The notes: generated from the letters alone by a model not told the origin. 64,000 nt of DNA from Callorhinchus milii (GCF_018977255.1 NW_024704743.1:92320001-92384000), one strand, 5' to 3'. Positions 1 to 13,100 are shown, numbered from the stretch's first letter. Program-made: numbers and translations.

Positions 1-996
1 TGGAGTCTGGCAAGGACTGGTGTGATGGGGTATGGAGTTTCGTGAAGAATTTTGAATTAATTGGATTTTTGTATGGTGGAGCTGGGGAGACCAGCAAAGA
101 GGGCATTGGAATAGCCCAGCTGGGAAGTGACAAAGGCCTGGACAAGGAATTCAGCTGCATCAGTTGTGAGGTATGTGAGGAGGCGAGCAATGTGGCAGAG
201 GTGGAAAAAGTGGTTATGTTCAGGGAATGGAAGTGTGGTAGAAAGGAAAGCTGGGTATCGAACTTGATGCCTAAGTTGCACACTGGTTTGGCAAGTCTGA
301 GGGAGAGCCCGGGGAGGTTGAGGATTTCAGACCCGCAGCAGAGAAGACGTTGACGGGAGCTAACGAGTATGACTTCTGTCTTGCTGACATTCAGCTGCAG
401 GAAATTTGCACTCATCCAGGCCTTGATATCCATCAAACAAACTGGCCCAGGGGACTGGGAGTCACAGATGGAGGAGGAGGAGGAGGAGAAGTAGATTTGA
501 GGATGACATCGCCGAGAAGGAGGATGTAGATGAGCAAAAGAAGGGGGCCAAGGATGAAGCCTTGGGGTACCCGACAGGTGACCGGGCGGGGGTGGGAGGA
601 AAAACCAATGGCTCAGATGAAGTGGAATAGTTGGTTAAGTAGGACTCCAACCATATGAGTGCGGTCCCACTAAGATGGATGAGGGAGGAGAGGCAGTGGA
701 AGATGCTGGCGTGGTCGACTGTATTGAAAACAGCAGAGAGATCCAGGAGGACAAGTAGGCAAAGGGAGCCCTGGTCACCGAGAAAGAGGAAGTTATTTGT
801 TACTTTGGCAAGTGCTATGGGCTGGGCGGAAACCGGACTGGAGGGGTTTGAGCAGGGAGTGGAGGGCGAGATGTGAGCGAAGTTGATTTGCAACCACCCA
901 TTTGGCCAGGAAGGACAGGTTTGAAATGGGATGGTAGTATGCGAGGTTGAAAGGATCGAGAGTAGGTTTTTTAAGGAGGGCAGTAATGACAGCTGT
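1..996 (-). mobile_element. L2-clade LINE ORF2 (RT) fragment, degraded; runs off the window edge
   Basis: Minus frames give [37 protein letters not shown] and LVQAFVTSQLGYSNALFAGLP, typical of L2 RT; several frameshifts. Confidence 0.9.
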
Positions 997-2069
997 GCGA
1001 TTCTTTAATAACTCCTCCAAATCACAAATGGTCACTACTTTCAATAACCAAAACAATGACACTCATTACCTTCCATTTCCATTTGTGACGAAGTAATCCC
1101 ATTAGAAATTGAATTGTTTTAGACATCTACATGAAGCACATCGAAAAGAAAATGACTAAACACACATGTATGGACCAGACAGACTTTATTCTGAAGACAA
1201 AAACAGCTCTTAGGTATGCAACATGTGATATCATCCAGCAGAAAGCATTCAAAACTAATATAATTTACAGAGTCTCAAGGCCTCCATTCCTGCTCTATAT
1301 TCCTGCAGATTGGCAGGTCTGTTTAGCAAAATTAAATCAAGACGTATACAGAAGAAATTTAATCTCTGCTACTGTGAAGATCTGAATTCAAAACTGCTGC
1401 ATAATTAAATTTGTGGGTGTGCTCAGCCACTCCATAAAATAGGTTTTGAATTTTCATTTTGTATAATAACCTTTGCACTTCACCAGAAATCTAATTTGTT
1501 CCTTATACCCACCACTATAATTGTGGTCGTCTTAAGGACAGCTTTCTTCATATTAGTTTTGTATTTACCTAACAAAAAATTCCTCTCTGCCAAGATGTCT
1601 AAAGTAAAAGCATTGCATTGCAGAACATGGGCTTTCAAAATAGAAGAGGGATAACAGCTGACACTATTGTTTCACAACTAGGGGAGTGACACAATTGCTT
1701 CTCCTTTACATAATGTTTTATGAGAAGTGTGACTTACCAGCTTCTGAGTGAGGCTACACTCCATAACTCTGCAGATTAGCTTTAAAACATAAAACAGAGT
1801 TTTGGCTCGTGAAAGTAATACCTGTTTATTTTAATGAGCCAATATTTTCTGGATATTTTCACAGGACAGCTGCAGTGCATAAGCTGTTTGTATCAATAGG
1901 CAGCATTCCCAGGATGTGTTACTTTGGTCCAGAAGTGATTGCATCTCTCTGGTGCCTCAATCAAAGGCACAACTTTACAAACAAGGTTTCAGATCAATAC
2001 ACTTTCCAAACTTTTAACTTGTTCTAATTTTTCTGCTCTTTTTTGTTATTTCTCTCATGATGAAAATTA

Positions 2070-2294
2070 ATGGTTTTCCAGGGGTAATAATCCCTTCAAA
2101 TAATAATAATATATAATAACTTGGTCACTCACTCCATGACTGTTTGTGGGACACTGATGTGTGCAATTGGCTACCACATTTCGCCCACAAAATATACAGT
2201 CAATTCACTTTACAGTATATTGTGTGAAGCACTTTGAGACATCTTGAAGACGTGATAAGACGTTATATCAAATGTAAGGATTATTATTATTATT
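2070..2294 (+). mobile_element. 5'-truncated Deu-like SINE
   Basis: ctgtttgtgggacactg..caattggct..cgcccacaaaatatacagtcaattcactttacag core, shared 3' stem-loop, (TTA)n tail. Confidence 0.85.
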
Positions 2295-2421
2295 AATGTT
2301 TCCAAAGTGTGATGTATTACCAGCTTTGATGAAAACAGTGAGAAAATGCCTGAGAAATTGCTTCCAGGCTATAACGAGGCTGGATTTTCAGACTCAGAGG
2401 TGTTCATAAGGGGAAAATAAT

Positions 2422-4650
2422 CAAGGACCCTCATTCCTAGTACCATTCTTGTAAATCTCCTCTGCACCCTTTCCAATGCCTTAACATCCTTCCTATAGTG
2501 TGGTGCCCAGAACTGGGCGTAATATTCTAGCTGAAGCCTAACCAGTGTTTTATATAGGTTAATCATAACCTCCTGACTCTTGTGCTCTATGCCCCTATTT
2601 ATAAAGCCTAGTATCTCATATGCCCTTTTTACAGCTTTATCTACCTGTCCTGCGACCTTCAAGGATTCATTTACTTGCACCCCCAGGTCTCTCTGTTCTT
2701 TTACCCCCCTTAAGATTTTATTACCTAGCCTGTATTGCCTCAACAACAACAACAAGATTTCATTTATAGAGCGCCTTTCATGTCGGGAGGACCTCCCAAG
2801 GCGCTGGACAGTTGGGTCAGGACCCGAGCAGGGGGGAAATGGTCAGGGTGAGAAGAGGGAAGGGAGGGAGCGAGGAGGGGGTAGAGAGTCGAGAGGGGAG
2901 CTGAAGGCACGGTCAAAGAGAAAGGTCTTGAGACCGGCCTTGAAGGAGGAAAGGGAGGAGGCGGCGAAGGCACTGGGGATAGAGTTCCAGAGCCTCGGGC
3001 TGAGAGGCTGAAGGCCCGGCCACCGATGGTAGGGCGGTTGGGGCGGGGGATGTGGAGCAGACCAGAGCCAGAGGAACGGAGGGTACGGGCAGGTAAGTAG
3101 GGGGATAGTAGGTCAGAGAGGTAGGAGGGAGCAAGTCTGTGAATGGCCTTGTAGGTGAGGATAATGATCTTGAATTCAACTCCCCTCATTCTTTCTACCA
3201 AAATGCATTACCTCGTATTTCTCCACATTGAAACTCATCTGCCATGTGTCTGCCCATTTTACCATTCTGTCTATGTCTTCCTGCAGTTGGCTACTATCCT
3301 TCTCACTGTTTACCACCCTACCTAACTTTGTGTCGTCGCAAACTTGGAAATGGTACTTGCTATACCCAAGTCCAGATCATTTATGTATATTAAGAAGAGC
3401 AGTGGTCCTAATACTGATCCCTGGGGGACGCCACTGTATACTTCCCTCCAGTCAGAAAAGCAGCCGTTCACCACAACTCTCTGCTTTCTGTCTCCCAGCC
3501 AGTTCTGGATCCATGCTGCCACTGTTCCTTTTATACCATGGGCTTCTATCTTTCTTACAAGTCTTTCATGTGGCACTTTGTCAAATGCCTTTTGAAAGTC
3601 CATATAAACTACGTCAACTGCACCATCTTTATCCACCCTCTCCGTTATCTCATCGAAAAATTCTATTAGATTTGTTAGACAAGATTTGCCTTTAACAAAT
3701 CCATGTTGGCTGTCTCTAATTAACCCATATTCTTCTAACTGAAGATTTATTCTGTCCCAGATTATAGCGTCCAGGAGTTTCCCCACTACTGACTGGCCTG
3801 TAGTTCCCAGGTTTGTCTTTCTGTCCCTTTTTGTACAGGGGAGTCACTCTCCAGTCCTCTGGCACCACCCCTGTGTCCAACGAAGTTTGAAAAATTGTAG
3901 CCAAAGCCTCCGCTATTTGTACCCGTGCCTCCCATAGTAACCTTGGTTGCATCCCGTCTGGACCGGGCGACTTATCTACCTTCAGCGCAGTCAACCTTTT
4001 CAGTACTTTCTCTCTGTTTATACTTATCCTATCCATTTCCTCTTCCCTCTCCTCCGATACTGCGGCATTTGGTGCATCCACTTCTTTTGTGAAGACAGAT
4101 GCAAAGTACTCATTCAGTACATCAGCCATGCCCTCTGCCTCCACAATAAGATTTCCCTCTTGGTCCTTAATTGGCTCCACCCTATGTTTGACAAGCCTTT
4201 ATTTCTTGATGTTTTTAAAATATTTTAGAATTCCCTTTAATGTTACCCGCTACTTTTTTCGTATAATCTTTTTGCCCCTCTTATTTCCTTTTTCAAACCT
4301 CTTCTGCACTTCCTATATTCTATTTGGTTTTCTTCTGTATCTTGGGCTTGACATTTGTCATACGCCTCCTTTTTCTGCTTCATTTTAGATACAATTACCT
4401 GCGTCATCCACGGAGGTTTGGATGCCCTACTTTTCCCTTTTGTGGGAATGTATTTATTCTGTCCCCGAGCTATCTCATCCTTGAAGACTTCCCACTGCTC
4501 TTTAGTTGTTTTACCTGCCAATCTTTCTTTCCAGTCCACCTTGGCTAGGTCCCTTTTTAGCTCACTGAAATTTGCCCTCTTCCAGTTGAATATCTTCATC
4601 TTAGATGGTTCCTTGTCTCTTTACATATGCACTCTGAATCTAACATAAAT
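2422..4650 (-). mobile_element. CR1-clade LINE ORF2 fragment (linker and RT), frameshifted, interrupted by an L2 at 2741-3180
   Basis: ORFs 4243-4599, 3716-4180, 3322-3786 and 2369-2755: [89 protein letters not shown]. Confidence 0.95.
2741..3180 (-). mobile_element. Young L2 (lineage A) 3' end, 5'-truncated, nested in CR1
   Basis: [27 protein letters not shown]; 3' stem-loop and (TTG)n tail; CR1 sequence continues on both sides. Confidence 0.95.
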
Positions 4651-4689
4651 CATATCAGTCAGGATCATAACAGTTAATATGATTTACGC

Positions 4690-4995
4690 GAAGCCCGAAT
4701 TGCAGGCAAACTTGTATATGTTGTATAAAACTCATTTAATCAATTGCCTGCACATGTGCAGCTGGTAAATGCACATTTTGTCCCTGCAGCTGGTAAGTGT
4801 GCATGCAGTAACGGGTCAAGACTACATTTCCCACGAGTCAATGTGTCTTGACCTGTCGTCGCATGTGGACTTACCGGTAAGCATTAGAATCGCATTGAAT
4901 TGAGAAAAATTAAGTTCTTCTGCGCATGCATCGAAGGATCAAGACTGTTTTCTGCAATTTCATGCAGCCAGCCGGTAATTGTGCATGCATTGAGA
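4690..4995. repeat. Palindromic, internally repetitive element containing an 88-nt hairpin (4790-4877)
   Basis: Recurrent c(c/t)ggtaa..gtgcatgc and g(g/a)tcaagact motifs in both orientations; long stem paired by eye. Confidence 0.6.
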
Positions 4996-6511
4996 GGGCA
5001 GGATATCATGGTGTGCTGCCTAACAATAGAATTGGTCATTTATTTCATGGCTGCTTATGAGACATTACCATGCATAAATTGGCTGCCATGTTTGCCTATC
5101 TATACATATTTAGTACATTCTGCAATAAAATCTGTGAAGCACTTTGAGGCATTTCGACAATGTGATGAAGCACTGTATCTATACCAGGGTAAGGTTCACA
5201 AAGAGATGCAATAAACCCCTGAAATAAATTAAGCAAACTTTCCAGAATATTCTTCCATTCCCACATTTTTTCTTTGCCAGCAAGATTAATTCAGGCTATC
5301 ATACTGGTCTTGTTTAAGAAACAGTTTGATTCTGTGATTGGTATTCTAGAAGGGTAACATCAAATGTGCCGGAGGGCCTTCTTTGTTCAAACTTCTCTAG
5401 TGATCCTGAGCTCTCCTTCAAAAACAACATTTCAACTCCTTTCCCACATCTTCAATGCCAGCAGCATAGAAATCATTGTGTCCCATGGAAAATGTTCATC
5501 TGCTGTCACTGAAACATTAGGTGTAATTTCACATAACTGAGTTGTCATGCAATATTTGATCTTAACCATTTCCGAATTGTCAACGAGTTTTATCTTAATA
5601 TATCTGAATTGATTTCAATCTCTATGTTGCATTTACATTTGATCTGCACATGTGTGATTCATACACTATTTGACTTTCACTCTTGTAAATCATTCATCCT
5701 GTGAGCATTCACTCACATTATTGATTGCACCTATTTCCTCTGAGCCTTCATACCTGTGTGCAGGTCTCAGTAAATTCTTAATTTCACAAAGTGACCGGAG
5801 TGGCTGAATCAATTTGTTTGTCAGCTGTTCTTCATTCCTGAGATCCGAATAATGATTCTAACTCATGCCTACAGGCTGACTGCAGCAGGGAGTACAAGCA
5901 TAGATATGTGAGTACTGTTCAAACACAGCATGCAACTAATGTGGAATATCAGTATGCACACCACACAAAGCTTACAATTCCTTGCTGAGCACCTTTAATC
6001 TAGATTTAAAGGTAAAAGCATTCAGGGGGCCTTAATGCTGAACTTTGCTGCGGGCATTATTCAAGAGGCTCTAATTGATGCTTCGAATTGAGTTTACTTT
6101 ATATTAAAACACCTTTAATTAGCATTAGAAGTTTTTATTATATCAATGATATTCAATGCAAATTACAAATCATAATTTTTAGATCTCTGAAATATTCTGT
6201 TTTACTTGGTTTATGAAAGCAGATTATAAAACCTTTCTGCTTCACATTCTGTTCTTTAATTTTGTTTTGTTCATTTTGATATTTTTTTGAAACTGAAATT
6301 TCCCTTGGAGATGTCAGTTGGAAATATCCACTGTGGTCTCTTGGGGCTCTTCTATAGCACGTTTTTGCTTATTAAGGTAAAATACTGAACAGGTTTGTAT
6401 ATTTGGCAGTCAGTGTGAAGAACTCCCAGGACAGGTTTAATCTTGGTGTGATATATGGCAAGCTCCACATATTTAACAATAGGTTATATTATACTCTTTA
6501 CCTAGCAGTAC

Positions 6512-8093
6512 AATAACAACAACAACAAAATTACATTTATAGAATGCCTTTCACGTCGGGAGGATGTCCTAAAGCACTGAACAGTCAGGTGTCGGGGCCT
6601 GAGGATGGGGAAGGGGTGGGGTAGGGGTGAGGGAAGGCAGAGAGATGGGAGGGCCATCAAAGGCACGATCGAAGAAAGGGTCTTGAGATCAGCCTTGAAG
6701 GAGGCAAGGGAAGAAGTGAGGTGAAGGGACCATCGGATGGATTTCCAGAGTGCGGGGGCAGAGAAGCAGAAAGCCCGGCCACCGATGGTAGGGTGGGTCT
6801 GACGGGAGACATGTGTCAGACCGGAGCCCGCTGAACGGAGGAAGCAGGCAGGTTGGTAGGGAATCAGAGGGGGCAAGGCCATGGATGGCCTTGAAAGTGA
6901 GGATGAGGATCTTGAACTCGATCCTCCGGAGGATGGGGAGCCAGTGGAGTCGGGGGAGGGTGGGAATAATGGGGTCACGGAGCCTGGTGTGTGAGAGTAC
7001 ATGAGCTGTAGAGTTTTGGATGATCTGCAGCTTGTGAAGCGAAGAGTTGGGAAGGCCGATGAGGAGGGAGTTTCCGTTATCGAGCCTTGATGTGACGAAT
7101 GCATGGATTAGGGTTTCGGCAGCCTGAGTTTCGAATTCAAGATCCTCATCCTCACCTACAAGGCCATTCATGGTCTTGCTCCCTCCTATCTCTCTGACCT
7201 ACTATCCCCCTACCTACCTGCCCGTACCCTCCGTTCCTCTGGCTCCGGTCTGCTCCACGTCCCCCGCCCCAACCGCCCTACCATCGGTGGCCGGGCCTTC
7301 AGCCTCTCAGCCCCGAGGCTCTGGAACTCCATCCCCCAGTGCCTTCGCCGCTTCCTCCCTTTCCTCCTTCAAGGAAGGTCTCAAGACCTTTCTCTTTGAC
7401 CGTGCCTTCAGCTCCCCTCTCGACTCTCTACCCCCTCCTCGCTCCCTCCCTTCCCTCTCCTCACCCTGACCATTTCCCCCCTGCTCGGGTCCTGACCCAA
7501 CTGTACAGCACCTTGGGACGTCCTCCCGAGGTGAAAGGCGCTTTATAAATGGAATCTTGTTGTTGTTGTTGTTGAGGGGTGAGGCAATGGCGGAGTCTGG
7601 CAATGTTGCAGAGGTGGTGGTAGGCAGTGCCGGTCATGGCGCGGATGTGGGGGAGAAAGGACAGTTCAGGGTCAAAATAAGACACCCAGGTTCCTGATTG
7701 GCTTAGTGAGGTTGACTGTGCAGCTGTGAAGGCTGGTGCTGCCAGTGCCTGAGATGCGGAGGCGCTGGTGTGAGCCAATCAAGAAGGCCTCGGACTTGCA
7801 GACATTGAGTTGGAGAAAGTTGTCCCTCATCCAGGACTTGATGTCGGACAGGCAGTCATTCAAGACGCAGTAGTCCTGGAGTTGAGGGTGGAGGCAGAGA
7901 GGTAGGGTTGGGTGTCATCCACATACATGTGGGAATTTACCCCATGTCTGCGGATGACGTCACCAAGGGGGAGCATGTAGAGGGTGAAGAGGAGGGGACC
8001 GAGGACAGAACCCTGAGGAACACCGCATGAGACGGTGCGGGGCCTGGAGGGGAAGTCGTTTGCTGTGATGAAGTGTAGGCGGTGTGAAAGTAT
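6512..8093 (-). mobile_element. Older L2 (RT to 3' tail), interrupted by a young L2 at 7131-7573
   Basis: [56 protein letters not shown]; (TTG)n tail at 6512-6527; sequence rejoins across the insert. Confidence 0.93.
7131..7573 (+). mobile_element. Young L2 (lineage A) 3' end nested antisense in an older L2; probable 4-bp TSD TGAG
   Basis: Nearly identical to 2741-3180 and to the 3' end of 48175-49769; (TTG)n tail; tgag on both flanks. Confidence 0.95.
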
Positions 8094-8094
8094 G

Positions 8095-8376
8095 TAAGAA
8101 GTAGGAACCTGTTTGCTAGTCGATTGGCAGATCACTTTCCAGTGTATTAATCCCTTCAAGAAAGTAATAATAATAATAATGTGGTCATTCAATCCACAAC
8201 TGTTTGTGGACGCTGCTGAGAGCTGAGGGCTGCTGCGTTTCACCCACAAAATACACAGTCAATCCACTTAACAGCATATTCTGTGAAGTGCTTGTAGACA
8301 TCTCAGAGCACTTCACAGAAGTGTTAAGGCACTATATCAAATGCAAGGATTATTATTATTTTTATTATTGATATCG

Positions 8377-8440
<64 letters not shown>
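8095..8440 (+). mobile_element. Deu-like SINE (long form, head lost) with expanded (TTA)n tail, ~8349-8440
   Basis: aagtaggaacc..tagtcgattgg central segment, Deu-like core, tail microsatellite. Confidence 0.88.
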
Positions 8441-8994
8441 CATATGCCTTAAATGCAGCCTTAGATCAGTCAATAACACATCACTGTGACACTGTATTTG
8501 CATCTCCCTCACCACTTTACGGCCTTGCTGATAGAGACCCAACAATGAAATGCCAACTAGTTTTGTCAAAAAGAAAGCCATGATTCTGAAGTAAACAGAA
8601 AACACTGAAAATCTCTAAAAGGACAATTATGATCTGAATGAGAGAGGTTATTGTTTCAATTATTCTTCACAAGAATAAAACCTTTGTTGTCTTTGAAATT
8701 TGAAGCTGATTTTCATGCTCTAATTGTTATTTCCAGCATTTTCAGTATTAATTATAGACAATTTTGCAATTGTGGACTTACACCTACTACGAAGTTACTT
8801 GTGACTGTCCTTCCTCATAGGCAGCAAAGGTAGAGGAAGTAGATTGGGTCTACAACAACAACTTGAAGTTGTATCATGCCCTTCCTGGAGAATAATGTCT
8901 TGAAGCACTTTACAGGGACGGTGTTGGATACCAACTTCCAGGTTGTTAGCTTGCCATTGACATTGCTTCCTGCTTTACTCCACATTTGCAAAAC

Positions 8995-9106
8995 AGGAAG
9001 TGATGTCAGTCGCGATCTAATATGCCAGAAATTGGTTTATTTAGCTTCCTGTGCTTAACAAATGGTCAACTTCTGCGTCATCAGATCGCTGCCAGCTTCA
9101 CTTCCT
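8995..9106. repeat. Decayed 112-bp palindrome (hairpin or MITE-like)
   Basis: aggaagtga..gcgatct..cagaaattg pairs with caacttctg..agatcgc..tcacttcct. Confidence 0.6.
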
Positions 9107-9706
9107 AGTAGTGACTCAGACACTCAGGGATTCATGACTCGGACGGTCAGGGATTTGTGACTGGGATAGGGAGTTGGGACTTAGAGATCAGGAGTTTGAT
9201 GTGGTGGGGAGGGGATATTGGGTTTTTGGTTTGGACAATTCAAAAGTCATGACATGCCCAGATTCACTTAATATAGAATCTTGTAAAGGAGAACTGAAAT
9301 GCCACAACAATGCCAAAGTAACTTTGAATCAGTTTCAATCCAAATTGTTCAAACCGGCAATTTTTGGTTATTAACTGAAAATTGCAAAATAATTAACCTT
9401 GGTAAGAAGCATCACATTTTTTATCCCATAGTTTCATGTGGCATTTTTTTGTTGCTGTGAAGTCTAACATAAATCAACATATTTATATTGACAAAACACC
9501 GATGCCATTGTAGCAGATATTCTCTGCTGTGTAGAGACTATAGAATTTGATAGTACAGTATTAGTGCAGAGGCTTTGGGCTCCCAATCTGTATGAGTCAA
9601 CAGGGAGGGCAAATGTTCGAAAAGTCAGTGAAGGGATTGTTACAGATTTGCCTAAAAGGAGTTGAGTGGGAATATTCTCTGTACCCAGTGGCAGGTCTGC
9701 ACCTCA

Positions 9707-10020
9707 AAACAACAGCAAGATTACATTTGTATAGTGCTTTTCACGCCAGGAGGACGTCCCAAGATGCTGGACAGTGTACAGCATTTTAGATCTGAGCTGG
9801 GGTCAAGGGGGGGAGAAGGGAAGGGAGGGGAAGCGGGGGTGACCGATGGCATGGTCGAAGAGGAGGTTTTTGAGGTGGGACTTGGAGGAGGCTGAGGAGG
9901 GGGCGAGGCGGAGTGATTTGGGGATGGAATTCCAGAGGTTGGGGGCAGAGTGGCTGAGGGTTCTCCCGACAATGGTGGGGCGGGTTGGTCAGGGGATGTG
10001 GAGCAGACCGGAACCGGCCA
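9707..10020 (-). mobile_element. L2 3' fragment
   Basis: Homologous to the L2 ORF2 C-terminus and 3'UTR, with the shared tail stem-loop. Confidence 0.85.
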
Positions 10021-11463
10021 AACTTTCATGATAAGGTCATGAACCTGTGATCAACAGTGCCCTGGAGTACTGAGATAGGAAGTACCTGCGTATCTCAGGA
10101 ATTGTGCTACTGAAACCACATGGGAGAATCAGCGATGACCAAAACTAACAAAGAGACACTCTTGGAATTTCAGTATGCCATCAGCCAAGGTCATCCAAGA
10201 AGTAAGGCTTAATTTTGCTATCCTTTTGTTTCTAGGGTCCTCATCTCTTTTTCTGTCATTACTGTGCTGTCATTTCCTGTACAAAAAAGCAATTGTAAAC
10301 TCCAAGCATCCACTAGAGGCAAATAATCAGCTCACTGTGCTTGTTGAATCCCTTGATGATGATTCTGTGCATGCCTTTCATTAGAGTATGAGTGTGGGTC
10401 TGTCAGAAACAAATTCTAACACTGAGGAATGTTACACCATATGTGTACTCACTCTCTTGGATTCCCACATACAACCTTTTGTGACAGATTCTCTCACAAC
10501 ACAAACACACCTCATTTTGGTCATTAATGTCCACATTTTCCAGCAGAGGTCTCTGTATAACAATTAGGAGCAAGAACAAGCCTGTCTGATTTTACTCTCC
10601 CTAACCTGAAAGCTAGAGCCATTATTGCCCTGGACTATATCGGCTAATTCAGCATGCAGGAATTTCTAAAGTAAATGTTTCAGTTCCTGAAAGATTTACA
10701 ATATTCACAGCCTGTGCTGAAAATCTAAAATGGAAGGAATTTGTACATTTTTAGAAGAAAGGAAGATGATCCCAGGTTAAACTTCTCAGTTTGCTGTTTA
10801 AATGTTTTCCAACCTCTTTGGAGAAGAACAAAGAGAAATGTGCCAGGCCTCTGTTGAATAGACTGGTAAATGAAGCCAGATACAGGCATCAGGGACAAGG
10901 AGATCGATAATTGAGTAAGAAAAAATGATATGCTTTCAGCATTGCAAAATATGAGAAACTATAAAATGGAAAAATAATAAAGGGAAGACAGACTGCTTCT
11001 TAATATGTCGCAAATGAGTCAGAGATATTGGGGAATAAACGAGCATCTCCAAATTCAATCCAGGAACACTGAAGCAGGCACAGCAAGCACATTAATATGC
11101 AGCACTTCTGAGCAGCCCAATAATAAAATTGAAATTAGATGTGGATAAGCCTCCTTTCTCCGTAGATAGCCAGAATTTATGTTTTTAATCTGAAGGATCT
11201 TGTGCATCTGTCAAAGGGTGGTTACAACAAATTTTGAAAGAAAGGCTTGAAGTGAGTAGAATAAATATTTCTGACCTGGTAAAACACTCATTTCAGTGAT
11301 GCTGACTGTGCCTATCAAGCATAACGGTAGAATGAGCCTGGTTTCTAAGTTAGATTTACAATTGCAGACACACTCCAAACAGGGTTAGAGTGATAATAAT
11401 GCCTTCATAATCAAACCATAATATTCATCAAGGAAATGGAGATATTTGTCTTATTCTTACCAG

Positions 11464-11565
11464 AGGTGTGTTGAGATTCACAAGGATGGAGAATGGAAGT
11501 TTCATGAGGTTGATGAAGCTGATGAAAGATACAGATGCGGTCATCAGCATTGCACATTAATGTAA
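11464..11565 (+). CDS. Possible terminal coding exon of an unidentified gene (RCVEIHKDGEWKFHEVDEADERYRCGHQHCTLM*)
   Basis: Pyrimidine-rich acceptor ttgtcttattcttaccag|, 33 open codons, C-terminal CaaX-like CTLM, AATAAA at 11681; no homolog recognised. Confidence 0.25.
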   Translation, partial: RCVEIHKDGEWKFHEVDEADERYRCGHQHCTLM

Positions 11566-11854
11566 CTGGAGGTTAGTTTGGCTTTAACCTTTCTGTTAGT
11601 ATTGATGTTATTGGTTGACATGGATGAGGATCGAGTATCCTGGCTAGTTTTCCTCGCTTTGTGCAACAATGGCTGAGACCAATAAACTCAGTGTAGACTG
11701 TGATTTGAACCAGTGAGCTCCTGCTTTGCAGCCTGGAGCTCTCTTCACTACACTATCAGGGCTGCCTGGGTACAATGGTTTTAATATCATTATTTACTCT
11801 TTACTGTTAAGAATAATTAAATATTATTTATGTTCCTTACTATATATTTATACT

Positions 11855-12248
11855 GTTTGTCCACAAAATACACAGTCAATTCTCTTTACAATATATTCTG
11901 TGAAGCGCTTTGTGACATCTCAGTGATGTGATAAGGCGCTATAAACGCAACGATTATTATTAATTTGTCAATAGTGTAATATCTTTACAACATTCTTTCA
12001 AGTTTAATGCCCTTCTGAAGAAATATTTGATGTATACATAAAATGATATTTTTCATGCATACATGTTTCACCAATTGGTTAATCATTTACTTTCCATAAT
12101 TTTTGCAAATGCAAATTAGTCGAAACATTATATCTTTAACATAATATATAGTCAGTTTACTTTATAGTATGTTCTGTGAAGCGCTTTGAGACATCTTGAA
12201 GATGTGATAAGGCGCTATATCAAATGCAAGGATTATTATTATTATTAT
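11855..12248 (+). mobile_element. Two SINE 3'-tail fragments (~11855-11962 and ~12145-12248)
   Basis: ctgtgaagcgctttg..gtgataaggcgctata..gattattatta tails. Confidence 0.8.
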
Positions 12249-12679
12249 ATCTTGTACTCTAGTCCGACATGTCATAATGGTTCAATGACCCTCATGAACT
12301 GGGTGTACATTTTTAAAACTAGTGTCTACTGTTTATAACTACTGTGCGGGAGATTGATAGAGCTGGTTGTGTTTTGTTGATGTGTGAGGCAGCATAAAGG
12401 AGATGTAACTAGATAGCATGGACTTTAGAAAGTAACAGCAACAACAACAGCAAAATTACATTTATAGAGCACCTTTCACGTTGGGAGGATGTCCTAAGAC
12501 GTCCCAACAGTGCATGCTCAAATTCCTATTGTTTACTGGATGGGTTGATCACTTCAATCGTGGGTACATCCTCCTCCTTGTGTGGTAGCTGAGTAATGCG
12601 ACCTTATAGAGCTGCCTAACAAAATTACCAGGAGGCCCCATGCAAGTCAGGCTGTGATTCTCTTGCTGGATAGTGCTCA

Positions 12680-13100
12680 GCTCCGTGAACTACCCACCTC
12701 CATCCTCGCCGGATCCACTGGATCCCCATTCCCCAGCAAATCAAGTTCAAGATCCTCGTTCTAACCCTTAAATCCCTTCATGGTGTTGCTCCACCATACT
12801 CGTCAAATCCTACTATCCTGGCTGCTCACCCATCCTACCATTGACGGTCAGGATTTCAGTGTGTCTGTTGCCACTCTCTGGAACTCCATCCTGGAATTCC
12901 TTCGACTCACCTCTTCCCACGCCTGCTTCAAGGTCTACCTTAAGACCTTCCTCTTTCACTGCTCTTTTTTCTTTTTTCCTTCTTTTCGCACTCAGTCCCT
13001 TTGCCCCCGTCCCTTCAGCTCCCATCCCCAACTCGGGTACAAGCCTTGGCTCCTTGGGACCTCCTTCCGATATGAAAGGCCCTATACAAATGGAAATTTG
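12680..13100 (+). mobile_element. Old L2 3' fragment
   Basis: HPTIDG..ATLWNSI..FKVYLKTFLF, followed by the tail stem-loop. Confidence 0.8.

Noticed and set aside
8324..8605. Poly-Leu and poly-Ile ORFs, and the Y/I-rich ORFs at 17354-17587
   Set aside because: Translations of (TTA)n and AT microsatellites at SINE tails
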